NCBI GenBank assembly: GCA_963664015.2
Contig: CAXXLF010000002.1
Span: 1,888,001 to 1,952,000 of the forward strand
Length of the DNA: 64,000 nucleotides
DNA from: Candidatus Binatia bacterium
GTDB taxonomy: Bacteria > Desulfobacterota > Binatia > UBA9968 > CAXXLF01
Reading direction: 5' to 3'
Part shown: positions 1-9,103 of the stretch, one piece after another
How positions within the stretch are numbered: position 1 is the stretch's first letter
Layout: every line of letters starts with the position of its first letter
The notes under the pieces: model-generated
The model's input: only the letters and a program-made list of their open reading frames with translations
Database searches by the model: none
What the model was told of the DNA's origin: nothing
Translations under genes and position numbers: made by a program

Positions 1-103
1 GTCTGAGTCAATTGACGGAAAAAAACGTCGCGAAAGGAGACCGAAGATCAAATTTGCCTTGACAGCTTAACCTATAGAGATTATTCTGTTTTTTAAGATA
101 GCC

Positions 104-2080
104 ATGAACATTGAGCCGTTCGACAACAGCGATCTCTCCACGTGGCGTTCCTGGGGGCAGGACTACGTCAATGTCAATGACTCCGGTCACCTGGAGATTC
201 TGCCGACGTCCAGTGGTGCCGGTAGGGTGGATCTCTCCGAGCTCGTCAGCGAGTTGCACAAGCAATCCATGAGCTTACCCATGCTCGTGCGCTTCCCGCA
301 GATCATTGACTCCCAGATGAGCAAACTGCAAGACGCTTTCCGTGGCGCCATGCAGACCTTCAACTACAATTCTTCCTATACGTCTGTCTACCCGCTTAAG
401 GTCAACCATAGCCCGGCCACGCTGTCACGGATTTGCCGAACCGGTAGCCAGTACGGTTTGGGACTCGAAGTCGGGACCAAAGCCGAACTCTGTGCCGCCC
501 TGTCGCTGCTCAAGAAAGGTCAAGGCCCAATCCTCTGCAACGGATTCAAGGACGTCGCCTATCTGGAATTGGCCTCGACGGCCGCCGCCGCCGGTTACAC
601 CGTCGTCGTATTGTTGGAACGGATCCGTGAGTTCGAACTCATCTGCGATATCACCGCCCGAGGTTTTACCTGCCCCGTACTGGGCGCCCGGGTCAAGCTC
701 CACGCCAGTGGAACCGGCCGCTGGGAGGACTCTTCCGGTTATCTTTCCAAGTTTGGGTTGACCGCCTCCGAGCTGTTCGAGGTGACCCGTGGGCTCCGTG
801 ATAGTAAACTCCTCAGCGCGCTGAAGGTATTGCACTTTCACCTGGGTTCTCAGATCACCAACATCCGAAAGTTCAAACAGGCTCTGCAGGAGGCCCTCCG
901 GTTCTATGTCGAGCTTAAGAAGCTGGGAGTTCCACTGCACAGCCTCGACGTTGGCGGCGGACTGGGCATCGACTACGACGGGAGCAACAGCTCGTCAGAC
1001 TCCAGCGTCAACTACAACGTTCAAGAGTACGCCAACGACATCATCTACACGAGTAAGGAAGTGGCCGAGAAGTCGCGTATTCAAGAGCCGAATATCATCA
1101 CCGAGACAGGTCGCTTCCTGGTGGCGCATCATGTGGCGCTCTTGATCGATCCGTTGGAGCTGCCAGAGCGAAGTCAGAAGCCGCACCGGGCCAAGGGACG
1201 TACCTCCAACGTGGATGCGGTCAACGAGTTGGAGGACTTAGCGGTCGAAATCAACAGCAAGAATTGGCGCGAGTACCTGCATGACGCCTATCAGAAAAAG
1301 GACGAGATGCTCTCCGCCTTCTCTCTGGGCTTTCTCTCACTGGAGCAGCGGGCGCAGGCCGAGTCTGCCTTTACCCGGGTTGTCGAACTTGCGAGCCGGT
1401 ACGCAAAAACCGGGAAATTCGACAAGTCGGAACAGGTTGCACTGGAGCGTATCGCATCCAAGATGTACGCGTTCAACTTTTCTCTGTTCAAGTCCATGCC
1501 CGACGCCTGGATTCTCGACCAGCTGTTCCCCATTATGCCCGTATCCAGACTCAAAGAGGTTCCTACGATCAAGGCCATCATCGCAGATCTGACCTGCGAC
1601 TCGGACGGCGTGATCGATAAATTTGCCCACCCCCGTGAGGTCAAATCCACCATTGAGCTCCATTCGGAACCCTGGTCCGATTCCTATGCCCTGGCCGTTT
1701 TGTTTGTCGGTGCCTACCAAGAGGCCCTCGGTAGTACTCATAACCTCTTTGGCAATCCGGCAGAGGTTGTGGTCGAAGCCGATGAAAAAGAGGGCTTCAA
1801 GATACTCGAATTGAGCCAACCCCAGACCTGTCGTGAGATCCTTACTGAATGGGGATTTAACGGTGAGCTGCCCACCCGGGACGGCAAGTCGCTTCCCAAG
1901 ATCGTTGCCGCAGGCCTTAATAACGCTGCGACTTCTGCAGGCGATGAAAAGCTTCGACTCGCACTTGCCGACCTCCTGGACGGAAGTACTTATCTAAAGC
2001 AATCCAATGCTGCGAATGAAGGCGAGATCTCCCTACCCCAGGGTAAGGTAGCCGGTAAGGTAGCCGGTAAGGGTCGGTAA
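104..2080 (+). CDS. speA: Biosynthetic arginine decarboxylase
   Basis: 658 aa; PLP-lysine motif VYPLKVN, LHFHLGSQI, DVGGGLGIDYDG and ADLTCDSDG, typical of SpeA. Confidence 0.93.
   Translation: MNIEPFDNSDLSTWRSWGQDYVNVNDSGHLEILPTSSGAGRVDLSELVSELHKQSMSLPMLVRFPQIIDSQMSKLQDAFRGAMQTFNYNSSYTSVYPLKVNHSPATLSRICRTGSQYGLGLEVGTKAELCAALSLLKKGQGPILCNGFKDVAYLELASTAAAAGYTVVVLLERIREFELICDITARGFTCPVLGARVKLHASGTGRWEDSSGYLSKFGLTASELFEVTRGLRDSKLLSALKVLHFHLGSQITNIRKFKQALQEALRFYVELKKLGVPLHSLDVGGGLGIDYDGSNSSSDSSVNYNVQEYANDIIYTSKEVAEKSRIQEPNIITETGRFLVAHHVALLIDPLELPERSQKPHRAKGRTSNVDAVNELEDLAVEINSKNWREYLHDAYQKKDEMLSAFSLGFLSLEQRAQAESAFTRVVELASRYAKTGKFDKSEQVALERIASKMYAFNFSLFKSMPDAWILDQLFPIMPVSRLKEVPTIKAIIADLTCDSDGVIDKFAHPREVKSTIELHSEPWSDSYALAVLFVGAYQEALGSTHNLFGNPAEVVVEADEKEGFKILELSQPQTCREILTEWGFNGELPTRDGKSLPKIVAAGLNNAATSAGDEKLRLALADLLDGSTYLKQSNAANEGEISLPQGKVAGKVAGKGR
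2042..2080 (+). repeat. 12-bp tandem repeat in the speA 3' end (GGTAAGGTAGCC x2 plus a degenerate copy), encoding GKVAGKVAGKGR
   Basis: Read directly from the sequence. Confidence 0.8.
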
Positions 2081-2094
2081 GAACTTCCCACAGC

Positions 2095-2244
2095 AGGCTA
2101 CTGAAAAAGCCGCATATGCTTCGTTGCGCTCAATCGTCTCGTTCCAACGTACCACGCAAGTACGCCTCTGCTCACCGATGTTTCGCGCGCCGCTCGGCTG
2201 AGCTCGCGCCCAAGCCTCGCCTCTGAGATCTTTTTGAGCAGTCT
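2095..2244. mobile_element. MITE-like element with terminal inverted repeats; reverse-complement homolog of 11929-12054
   Basis: Ends AGGCTACTGAAAAAG...TTTTTGAGCAGTCT; the interior aligns by eye to the reverse complement of 11929-12054; an extra right-end-like TTTTTCAGCAACCT follows at ~2254-2267. Confidence 0.8.
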
Positions 2245-2303
2245 GCCAACATAGTTTTTCAGCAACCTACTCGTGCTCTGCTCGATACTTTTCGGCGAAT
2301 TGC

Positions 2304-2951
2304 CTAGAGGACTTTCTCGGCGAGCCAGTTGGACAGGTCGTTGAGAGTAGGGCCGCTGATTTCATGGCCCATGGGGTATTCGTGGTAGGTCACCGGGATG
2401 CCCAAGCGCTGTAGCGCTGCGGTTGCCTCGCGAGCTCTATCAACCGGGATCATGCTGTCGTTGGAACCGTGTTGGATCAGCGTGGGTAAGCTCTGGGCTG
2501 ACGAGGCGCCAGACAGTTTCTCGAGTAACTCGGGGGCCAGTCGACTGCTCATGGCGACTAGCGCGGCAAACCGCTGGGGCTCTTCGAGGGCCAGGCTGTA
2601 GGCCATCACCCCGCCCTGGCTGAAACCTAAAACGACAAATTTGGCCGGATCAATAGGGTAACGCTCCATACAGGCATCGATGAATTCTTTCAGTTGATCA
2701 CGTGCCGATAGGATGGGGCCCACGTCGGCCTGTCCCTGCCTGGAGGAGGAAAACCAGGCGTACCCCATGGTCGCCGCTCCAGGGGGGACTTCCAGAGTGG
2801 CTTGAGGACAGATCATAAGAAACCGGCCGTTGCAGAGGTAAGGCGCGATTCCCATGAGATCCAGGGCATTGGCGCCCCGGCCGTGCATGGCCAGGATCGT
2901 GGGATGGGGCCCCTCTCCTTTAGGTTGAAAAACTGTGTGAACAAGATTCAT
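2304..2951 (-). CDS. Phospholipase/carboxylesterase family alpha/beta hydrolase
   Basis: HGRG oxyanion motif, GFSQG nucleophile, HGSND, C-terminal GHEI. Confidence 0.9.
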   Translation of the reverse strand: MNLVHTVFQPKGEGPHPTILAMHGRGANALDLMGIAPYLCNGRFLMICPQATLEVPPGAATMGYAWFSSSRQGQADVGPILSARDQLKEFIDACMERYPIDPAKFVVLGFSQGGVMAYSLALEEPQRFAALVAMSSRLAPELLEKLSGASSAQSLPTLIQHGSNDSMIPVDRAREATAALQRLGIPVTYHEYPMGHEISGPTLNDLSNWLAEKVL

Positions 2952-2956
2952 GTCGC

Positions 2957-4618
2957 TTACTCCAATGAAGACTTTTTGTATTCGGTCTTCAGCTCGGAAG
3001 CCAGGCGGCCAAGGCGGTAGGTCTTCCAGTCAATAAACCTTGCCGTATGGTACAGGCTCGGGTGGACCTCACGGATCTTCCGCCACATCTGCTGCGCGAT
3101 CAACCGGTAATCCGGATGGCCCTGCGGCATAGTGCGAAGCTCGCAGATGAAGATCGCCTCACGCAGGTTCATTTTCATGGTCCATCGGATCTTATAGGCG
3201 AAGGGTACGACATACTGAGCCTCGTACGGCAGGTCCCGGTGTATCTTCTCGTATAGCCGAGCGGCCTTTTCCATGCAGTGATCGAAATCCGGCTGAAAGC
3301 CCGACTCCTTGATCTCAGGAGGCGTATCGTAACCGTGGACCGTCGTGAAGTCCTGCCGTTCCTGGGTGAGGATTCGATGGCGCTGGAGGTCCCGATAGGC
3401 GCCCAGGTTTCCCAGGATGTCGAAGGTGTAGTAGACCTGCTCGAGGGCCCGCCCCGGCTTGTCCCTTCGGTGACGGCGTCTTTTGATATACTCATCGAGG
3501 ACCGCTTTACGTTGCCGCGCGGTCATCTTTCTCACCAGCTGTTTGAGCTGCTCGAGTGAATGCTGAGAATGGGGATATAGTATCGCCGCAATAATCTTCT
3601 CTTCGGCCTTCTGGTCATAGTCCACCAAGACCACCGCCTCCTTTGTCTTCGCGGGAGGAGCCTTGACGATCTTCTGCGTGAGTGCGCGAGTCTTCGCGTA
3701 GGTCTGAGCCATGAACTCGCTCGACTTCGCCCGTTTGACGAACGAAGGTATGAGCTGGTTCAGCTCCCCGTGGATCCCAGCGGCCAGCTCCGTGTACTCG
3801 GTTAACTCGTTGGAATAGAGCTTGGTGAGCAAATACTCGAAGGCCTGGCCCACACCGAAAAACCCCACATTGGTCAATGTGGCCGCTGGTAGGTAAGAGC
3901 GCAACACGTCGCAGGCGTGGGCCCGGATGGTTGAGCGGTACGCCGTCTCGGCCCATTTTCTAAGTTTGTCGTCTTTTTGCGCTTCCTTATAAGTGATAGT
4001 TCCACCGGACTGAGGGTTTCGCAATTCGACCTTCTCTATGGGAAGGGTTTTCTTGACAAATTCGATGATGGGATCGATCTGGCGCGAATAGGTTTCGAAG
4101 AGTAGCTTCATCAACTCGACATAGCTCTCCCCATGGGGTGAGGCCATGATCTTTGGCTCGCGGTAGAACAGGTAATCGCCACGTTCGTCCTTCTGGTCGA
4201 AGCGGACATAGCGGGTGGACTTCTCGAGGGGAGCGATGCCGATGCGGGCATCCTCGAGGAACTTTACGGCGACGTTAGAGATTCGCTCGCAGGCAATATG
4301 GGCTCCACCCAGTTGGGCTACCGAGTCATCGCCATAACCGACCAGGACCCTATCGTAAAACGCCCGTGCCTTCTTGAGGGCCGTGTTCCCTTCGCCACCG
4401 GCTGATTGGCTTCCCAGGAGATCACTGAGGGCGAGCTCCGGATCACCGAGGAACTCATCTAGAAAAGTGCGTCGGAGGCTTTTGTTGGAGCGGCTGTAGC
4501 GGGAGAAGAGTGCACCGGCGACCTCCTGCGGTAGCTTGAGACCAAAGACCGGGCTCTCGATGTTAGTAAAAAATGGAGCGAGGCTCTTTCGTTCGGCCTC
4601 GGTGAAAGTTTCACTCAT
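2957..4618 (-). CDS. thyX: FAD-dependent thymidylate synthase, long tandem-domain ThyX
   Basis: 553 aa; SRYSRS, YGDDSVA, EKSTRY in the N-half; RDLQRHR and NLREA..ELR in the C-half. Confidence 0.85.
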   Translation of the reverse strand: MSETFTEAERKSLAPFFTNIESPVFGLKLPQEVAGALFSRYSRSNKSLRRTFLDEFLGDPELALSDLLGSQSAGGEGNTALKKARAFYDRVLVGYGDDSVAQLGGAHIACERISNVAVKFLEDARIGIAPLEKSTRYVRFDQKDERGDYLFYREPKIMASPHGESYVELMKLLFETYSRQIDPIIEFVKKTLPIEKVELRNPQSGGTITYKEAQKDDKLRKWAETAYRSTIRAHACDVLRSYLPAATLTNVGFFGVGQAFEYLLTKLYSNELTEYTELAAGIHGELNQLIPSFVKRAKSSEFMAQTYAKTRALTQKIVKAPPAKTKEAVVLVDYDQKAEEKIIAAILYPHSQHSLEQLKQLVRKMTARQRKAVLDEYIKRRRHRRDKPGRALEQVYYTFDILGNLGAYRDLQRHRILTQERQDFTTVHGYDTPPEIKESGFQPDFDHCMEKAARLYEKIHRDLPYEAQYVVPFAYKIRWTMKMNLREAIFICELRTMPQGHPDYRLIAQQMWRKIREVHPSLYHTARFIDWKTYRLGRLASELKTEYKKSSLE

Positions 4619-4699
4619 CTTAGTTGATAGTTTTTTTTAGACTCAAACGATTTATGCTGCATTTGGCGAAAAAATATTACTTAAGTTTCGAAGTTAACT

Positions 4700-4791
4700 T
4701 CGCCTCTTGAGGCGGGCACAAAGCCGATGGGGTTTCCCAAGGGGAGAAGCGGTAGCTATCCCCTTGGGTCAAACACGGGGATTCAAACCCC
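4700..4791. repeat. Multi-hairpin intergenic element (CGCCTC-TT-GAGGCG; CCCAAGGGGA-N13-TCCCCTTGGG; outer GGGGTTT...AAACCCC)
   Basis: Inverted repeats read directly, between the oxidoreductase stop and the thyX start. Confidence 0.6.
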
Positions 4792-5970
4792 ATGTTCGAT
4801 ATAAGTTGATTGAGCATTATTTCTTAGCACAGAATGGATCAACGGGCGAGTCGGGAATGGGCATTTAGAAGAGATCCGGATGAGCGGGCGAAGCAGGGCA
4901 GGGTGGGTCACCAGCGTGCGAATGACCGTGTTTGTTTTTCGCCGCCACGATAGAGATCGTTGCCAAGCAGCCTCGTAACGAGCCGCCTGATTGGCCGAGC
5001 GATCGCCTTTAACGAACCCTTGGTGGATCACTTGGGCGGCGATTGCCCCGCTCTTGAGAGCGAAGTAGATTCCCTCGCCGGTGATAGGCTCAGGCGCGTA
5101 GGCCGCATCTCCCACGAGGACAAACCCCTGTCCAAAAGACCTGCGCCGGGAAGCATGCACGGGATATACAGAGCGAATGCCACCGACGCGGTGGCTTCCC
5201 TTCAGGGCCTCTTTTAAACGCGGGTTGTGGATTAGACACTCATTGATCACCTCTTCCACGGGCAAAGGATTTTTAAGCTTGAGTGTCTCTAGGGTAAGGC
5301 AGAGATTGGCCATACCGCCGCCGATTTCCACGAGACCGCCGTAGCCGCCGGGAAAGAGGTGGATCTGGACCTCACCGTCCAGTTGTTTTACCCCTTGAAG
5401 GTGAAGTTGGAAGCCCGCATATCGCCTCCCCCGTTGATGGGCTTTTGCCAATCCCAGAAGCTGAGCTACCCGTGAATGTCTGCCGTCGGCACCGATGAGA
5501 AAGGTCGGTCGCAACGTTCTCTGGCCTGACGAATCGATGAGTTCAACGGACCAATGGTCTTCGGCCTGCTTTAGCGCTTTCACTTTGTTCCCCTGGAAGA
5601 TCGTTACCCCAGCTTGGATTGCTCGTTTTAGCAGGAGATAGTCCAGATGGTAGCGGCTGACGCCAAGTCCGAAGGAGGGTTGCCCCTGCTGCACGGGAAA
5701 TGGAAACATCGCTGACCCGCCGCTATCCGCTGAGATGCGGAACGTGGCGACCCTCTGATGTCCCAGGGCGAATAGCTCGTCGGCAACGCCTAGCCGCTCG
5801 AGGAGGGGCCAGTTAATGGGATTCAAGAAGTCGCCGCAGAGCTTGTGCCGCGGGAAGGTGCATTTGTCCACGAGGCACACCGAATACCCTCTTGCTGCCA
5901 GCAGGGTGGCGGCCGATGAGCCCGCCGGACCGGCACCGATGATACCTATGTCAAAGCGATGGGCCGTCAT
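4783..5970 (-). CDS. NAD(P)/FAD-dependent oxidoreductase (geranylgeranyl reductase/FixC-like)
   Basis: IIGAGPAG Rossmann motif, FPRHKLCG, GADG, VGDAA..EPITGEGI; ATG at 5970 overlaps the upstream TGA (ATGA). Confidence 0.88.
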   Translation of the reverse strand: MTAHRFDIGIIGAGPAGSSAATLLAARGYSVCLVDKCTFPRHKLCGDFLNPINWPLLERLGVADELFALGHQRVATFRISADSGGSAMFPFPVQQGQPSFGLGVSRYHLDYLLLKRAIQAGVTIFQGNKVKALKQAEDHWSVELIDSSGQRTLRPTFLIGADGRHSRVAQLLGLAKAHQRGRRYAGFQLHLQGVKQLDGEVQIHLFPGGYGGLVEIGGGMANLCLTLETLKLKNPLPVEEVINECLIHNPRLKEALKGSHRVGGIRSVYPVHASRRRSFGQGFVLVGDAAYAPEPITGEGIYFALKSGAIAAQVIHQGFVKGDRSANQAARYEAAWQRSLSWRRKTNTVIRTLVTHPALLRPLIRISSKCPFPTRPLIHSVLRNNAQSTYIEHGV

Positions 5971-6671
5971 TTTCCTAACTCGAACCGGGCAAAAACGCGG
6001 AAGGGAAAGAGGTGTCTCAGGTCGAATGGAGCTACCGCTGCGCGGTTGAAGAGATCCTTCCACTCCCCTAAGGTCAACGCCCGTCGAACCGATAGGGGGC
6101 CGTCATTGCGGGTCAGCGGATTGCGGGTGAGTAGCCGCGTAAAGATCAGGATGCCCATGTAGGCCAAGGGATGGCGGATCAGGTCGCTGACTATAATTCC
6201 TCTCCGAGCCAGGGTCTTCCATGTCCTCAAGAGTACGATGATCTCTTCGTCGGAGAAGTGGTGTAGGACCTGAGAGGTGAAAACAAAATCGAATGAGGAG
6301 GGAGAAAGCGGAGGATAAAAGGCATCTCCGATCACAATGGAGATCTCTGGAAACTCTTTGGTCTCGGCCCGGGCCAACCGTGCGGTGACCGGGTTGGGTT
6401 CAAGCCCCACGACGCGCACCGGGATCCCCCTTCGCCTGGCCCACCGCACCAGGGTTACCGGGATGTCGCCCGAACCGGTCCCGACATCGAGAATGGAGAA
6501 GGATCTGACCTTGTTGTCTTTTGCCCACCTAGCGAGGCAGCGCAGTAGACCCCGGTAGGCCCCGAGGGTGCGGTTGATGGTCCGGAGATGACGAAGGTCC
6601 TCTTCCAAGCGAAATGGGGCGACCCCGGCCATATCCATCATCTCTTGATCAAAGCTGCGCTTCAATGCCAT
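5967..6671 (-). CDS. Class I SAM-dependent methyltransferase (type commonly found beside type III PKS genes)
   Basis: ILDVGTGSGD motif I, N-terminal EMMD...LRTINR, LHHF; start at MALKRS overlaps the KS 3' end. Confidence 0.88.
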   Translation of the reverse strand: MALKRSFDQEMMDMAGVAPFRLEEDLRHLRTINRTLGAYRGLLRCLARWAKDNKVRSFSILDVGTGSGDIPVTLVRWARRRGIPVRVVGLEPNPVTARLARAETKEFPEISIVIGDAFYPPLSPSSFDFVFTSQVLHHFSDEEIIVLLRTWKTLARRGIIVSDLIRHPLAYMGILIFTRLLTRNPLTRNDGPLSVRRALTLGEWKDLFNRAAVAPFDLRHLFPFRVFARFELGK

Positions 6672-7947
6672 TCCCCCTGCCGACCACCAACGCCGAGTTT
6701 TTCGACCCGAAGCCGATGCAATTGCAAAGCGCAATGTCGACTTCCCGAGCCAGTCCATGGTTGGGAATGTAGTTCAGGTCGCATTCGGGATCCGGTTCGT
6801 CGTAGTTGATAGTGGGCGGGAGAAAACCGTGGTTCATGCCGAGGATCGCTGCCGTAACACCGGCGGCCCCGGACGCCCCTTGGGGGTGTCCCACCATCGA
6901 CTTGATGGAACTCATGGGTATGTCGTAGGCCCTGCGACTGAAACATAGCCGTGCCGCCTGGGACTCGGTCTTGTCGTTCAAAACGGTAGAAGTGCCGTGG
7001 AGAGCGATGTAACCCACCTCGTCCTTGGCAAGCCCGGCGTCTTGAATGGCTTGGGTCATGGCCCGCGAAGGCTCCTCCCCGTTGGGATCCAGCCGAACTG
7101 CATGATAGGCGTCACAGGTAGAACTGTAGCCAAGGATCTTAGCCAGGATGGGTGCGCCCCGTTCCATGGCCCGGTCCCTTTCTTCGAGGATCAGTATCCA
7201 GGCTCCTTCGCCGAGGACAAAGCCGTCCCGTCCACGGTCGAAGGGACGGGAGGCCATATGGGGACTCTGGTTGTGAGAGGAAGATACAGCGCGCATGATC
7301 GTAAATCCATTGACGATAGCCGGAGTAATCGTCGCGTCGACGCCACCGGTAACAAGGTGATCGACGAGGCCGAAGCGGATCAGATTGAAAGCATACCCCA
7401 TAGCATCCGTCGAGCTGGTGCATCCGGTAGAGATGACATGGCTCGGGCCCTTCAAATTAAAGTTGAGCGAGATCTCGCTTGAAAGGGCGCCCAGGGTCGA
7501 ACTCGAGATATTGTAGGCACTGGTTTTTCGCACCTGGTCGGAAAAGTAGAGTCGGTACTGCTCCTCGGTGAAGTCAGCCGCCCCGCCACCACTGCCGAGG
7601 ACCACTCCCCAGGAGCGCTGCTCATCCAGTGTCATGCCCCCGGTATCGACCCGCGCCGATTGGAGTGCTTCGCTAACAGCAGCGATCGCAAGCATAGCGG
7701 AACGACCCAGGCGCTTTAGGTCTTTAGGGGAGAGGAAGGCCTCCGGGTGAAAATCCTTGACCTCCCCGGCGATCTGGCAGGTGAGACCCGAGGGGTCGAA
7801 ACGGCTGATCTTATCCACACCGCTGACGCCCTGTTTGGTGGCCTGCCAGAAGGCCTTTGCCCCGTTCCCGTTGGGGCTCAAGACCCCTATGCCGGTAACG
7901 ACCACCCTGCGCCGTCGAACCTGGTTGCCGTTGGTTTCCCTATTCAC
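6649..7947 (-). CDS. Beta-ketoacyl synthase (FabF/KS-alpha-like)
   Basis: VVVTGIG, STGCTSSTDA (catalytic Cys), LHGTST and KSMVGH (two His), RPFD..RDGFVLGEG. Confidence 0.92.
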   Translation of the reverse strand: MNRETNGNQVRRRRVVVTGIGVLSPNGNGAKAFWQATKQGVSGVDKISRFDPSGLTCQIAGEVKDFHPEAFLSPKDLKRLGRSAMLAIAAVSEALQSARVDTGGMTLDEQRSWGVVLGSGGGAADFTEEQYRLYFSDQVRKTSAYNISSSTLGALSSEISLNFNLKGPSHVISTGCTSSTDAMGYAFNLIRFGLVDHLVTGGVDATITPAIVNGFTIMRAVSSSHNQSPHMASRPFDRGRDGFVLGEGAWILILEERDRAMERGAPILAKILGYSSTCDAYHAVRLDPNGEEPSRAMTQAIQDAGLAKDEVGYIALHGTSTVLNDKTESQAARLCFSRRAYDIPMSSIKSMVGHPQGASGAAGVTAAILGMNHGFLPPTINYDEPDPECDLNYIPNHGLAREVDIALCNCIGFGSKNSALVVGRGNGIEAQL

Positions 7948-8091
7948 CTCGACTCCTCAATGGGTCTCCGGATCAATCGAGGCCCAATCCCTGTTTATCG
8001 TATTTCGTACCGTTTTGAAACTAGTAAATTTTGGGGTTCCGTCAGGAGATATTCACGTTATAATGCCAGGGTCGGAAGTTCTCAATTGAAA

Positions 8092-9054
8092 ATGGATAAG
8101 ACGATCCGTTCCAAACCTCTCATAGGGATCAGCAGCTGTCTGCTGGGAAACAAGGTACGCCACGACGGTGGGCACAAGCGGGACCTATATATCACGAATA
8201 CCCTGGGGGCCTATGTGGAGTGGGTCCCCGTCTGTCCCGAATTCGAGGTCGGCATGGGGATCCCGCGGGAGACGGTGCGGCTAGTGGGTAGTCCAGCGAA
8301 CCCGCGCATGATTGCCGAACGGTCGGGAAGAGATTGGACAAGACAGATGCAAGACTTCGCCCGTATGCGCATCAAACGGCTCAAAGAGATGGGTATCTCC
8401 GGCTATATCCTGAAGAAGAATTCTCCCAGTTGCGGTATGGAAGGGGTTCAGGTCTACAGTCCGAGCGGTAGGCCCAACCGGCAGGGTCGTGGGCTCTTCG
8501 CCCGGTCCCTCATAACAAAGCTTCCACTTCTGCCCGTGGAAGAAGAGGGTCGTCTGGTCGCCCCACATCTTAGGGAGAACTTCATGGAGCGCGTCTTCGC
8601 GTACCACCGATGGCAGTCGATTGTCGCAGGGCACAAGTCATTGGGCCGGCTAAGGGAGTTTCACAGCCAGGAGAAACTCCTGATTCTCGCCCACAGTGAA
8701 GCCCATATGCGCCGCCTCGGACTGATCGTAGCCCAAGGTAAAGCAAAACCTTTGGGAGCCGTTATAGAAGAGTACGGGAGCCTCTACATGGCGGCCCTGG
8801 CTCATCGGACCACGGCCCGCCAGCACACCAAAGTCTTGGAGCACATGTTAGGCTACATCTCCAAGGCGCTTACGCCTGACGAGCGCCAAGAGCTGCTTGG
8901 TGTGGTTCGAGACTATCACCGAGGCCTCGTGCCTCTAGTGGTACCCCTGACCCTGATTCGTCATTACGCTGGAAAATATGATGCCGCCGATCTCTGGGGA
9001 CAGAGCTATCTACAGCCTCATCTTAAGGAGTTGATGCTACGACATCATGTGTGA
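8092..9054 (+). CDS. YbgA-family protein (DUF523 2-thiouracil desulfurase-like domain + DUF1722)
   Basis: GISSCLLG..VR.DGGHK, VCPE, KKNSPSCG, EEEGRL, C-terminal LMLRHHV; start reassigned to MDKT at 8092. Confidence 0.9.
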   Translation: MDKTIRSKPLIGISSCLLGNKVRHDGGHKRDLYITNTLGAYVEWVPVCPEFEVGMGIPRETVRLVGSPANPRMIAERSGRDWTRQMQDFARMRIKRLKEMGISGYILKKNSPSCGMEGVQVYSPSGRPNRQGRGLFARSLITKLPLLPVEEEGRLVAPHLRENFMERVFAYHRWQSIVAGHKSLGRLREFHSQEKLLILAHSEAHMRRLGLIVAQGKAKPLGAVIEEYGSLYMAALAHRTTARQHTKVLEHMLGYISKALTPDERQELLGVVRDYHRGLVPLVVPLTLIRHYAGKYDAADLWGQSYLQPHLKELMLRHHV

Positions 9055-9103
9055 ACCTGCGCGCAACAAGGAGGCCAGGTAAGGAGGCGAGGTTATAAAG
9101 GTT

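Noticed and set aside
7811-7819. Perfect DnaA box TTATCCACA
   Set aside because: Single occurrence inside the KS coding sequence; not an origin cluster
7747-8091. N-terminal extension of the 435-aa YbgA ORF
   Set aside because: Overlaps the KS gene on the opposite strand; recognisable family sequence starts at MDKT (8092)
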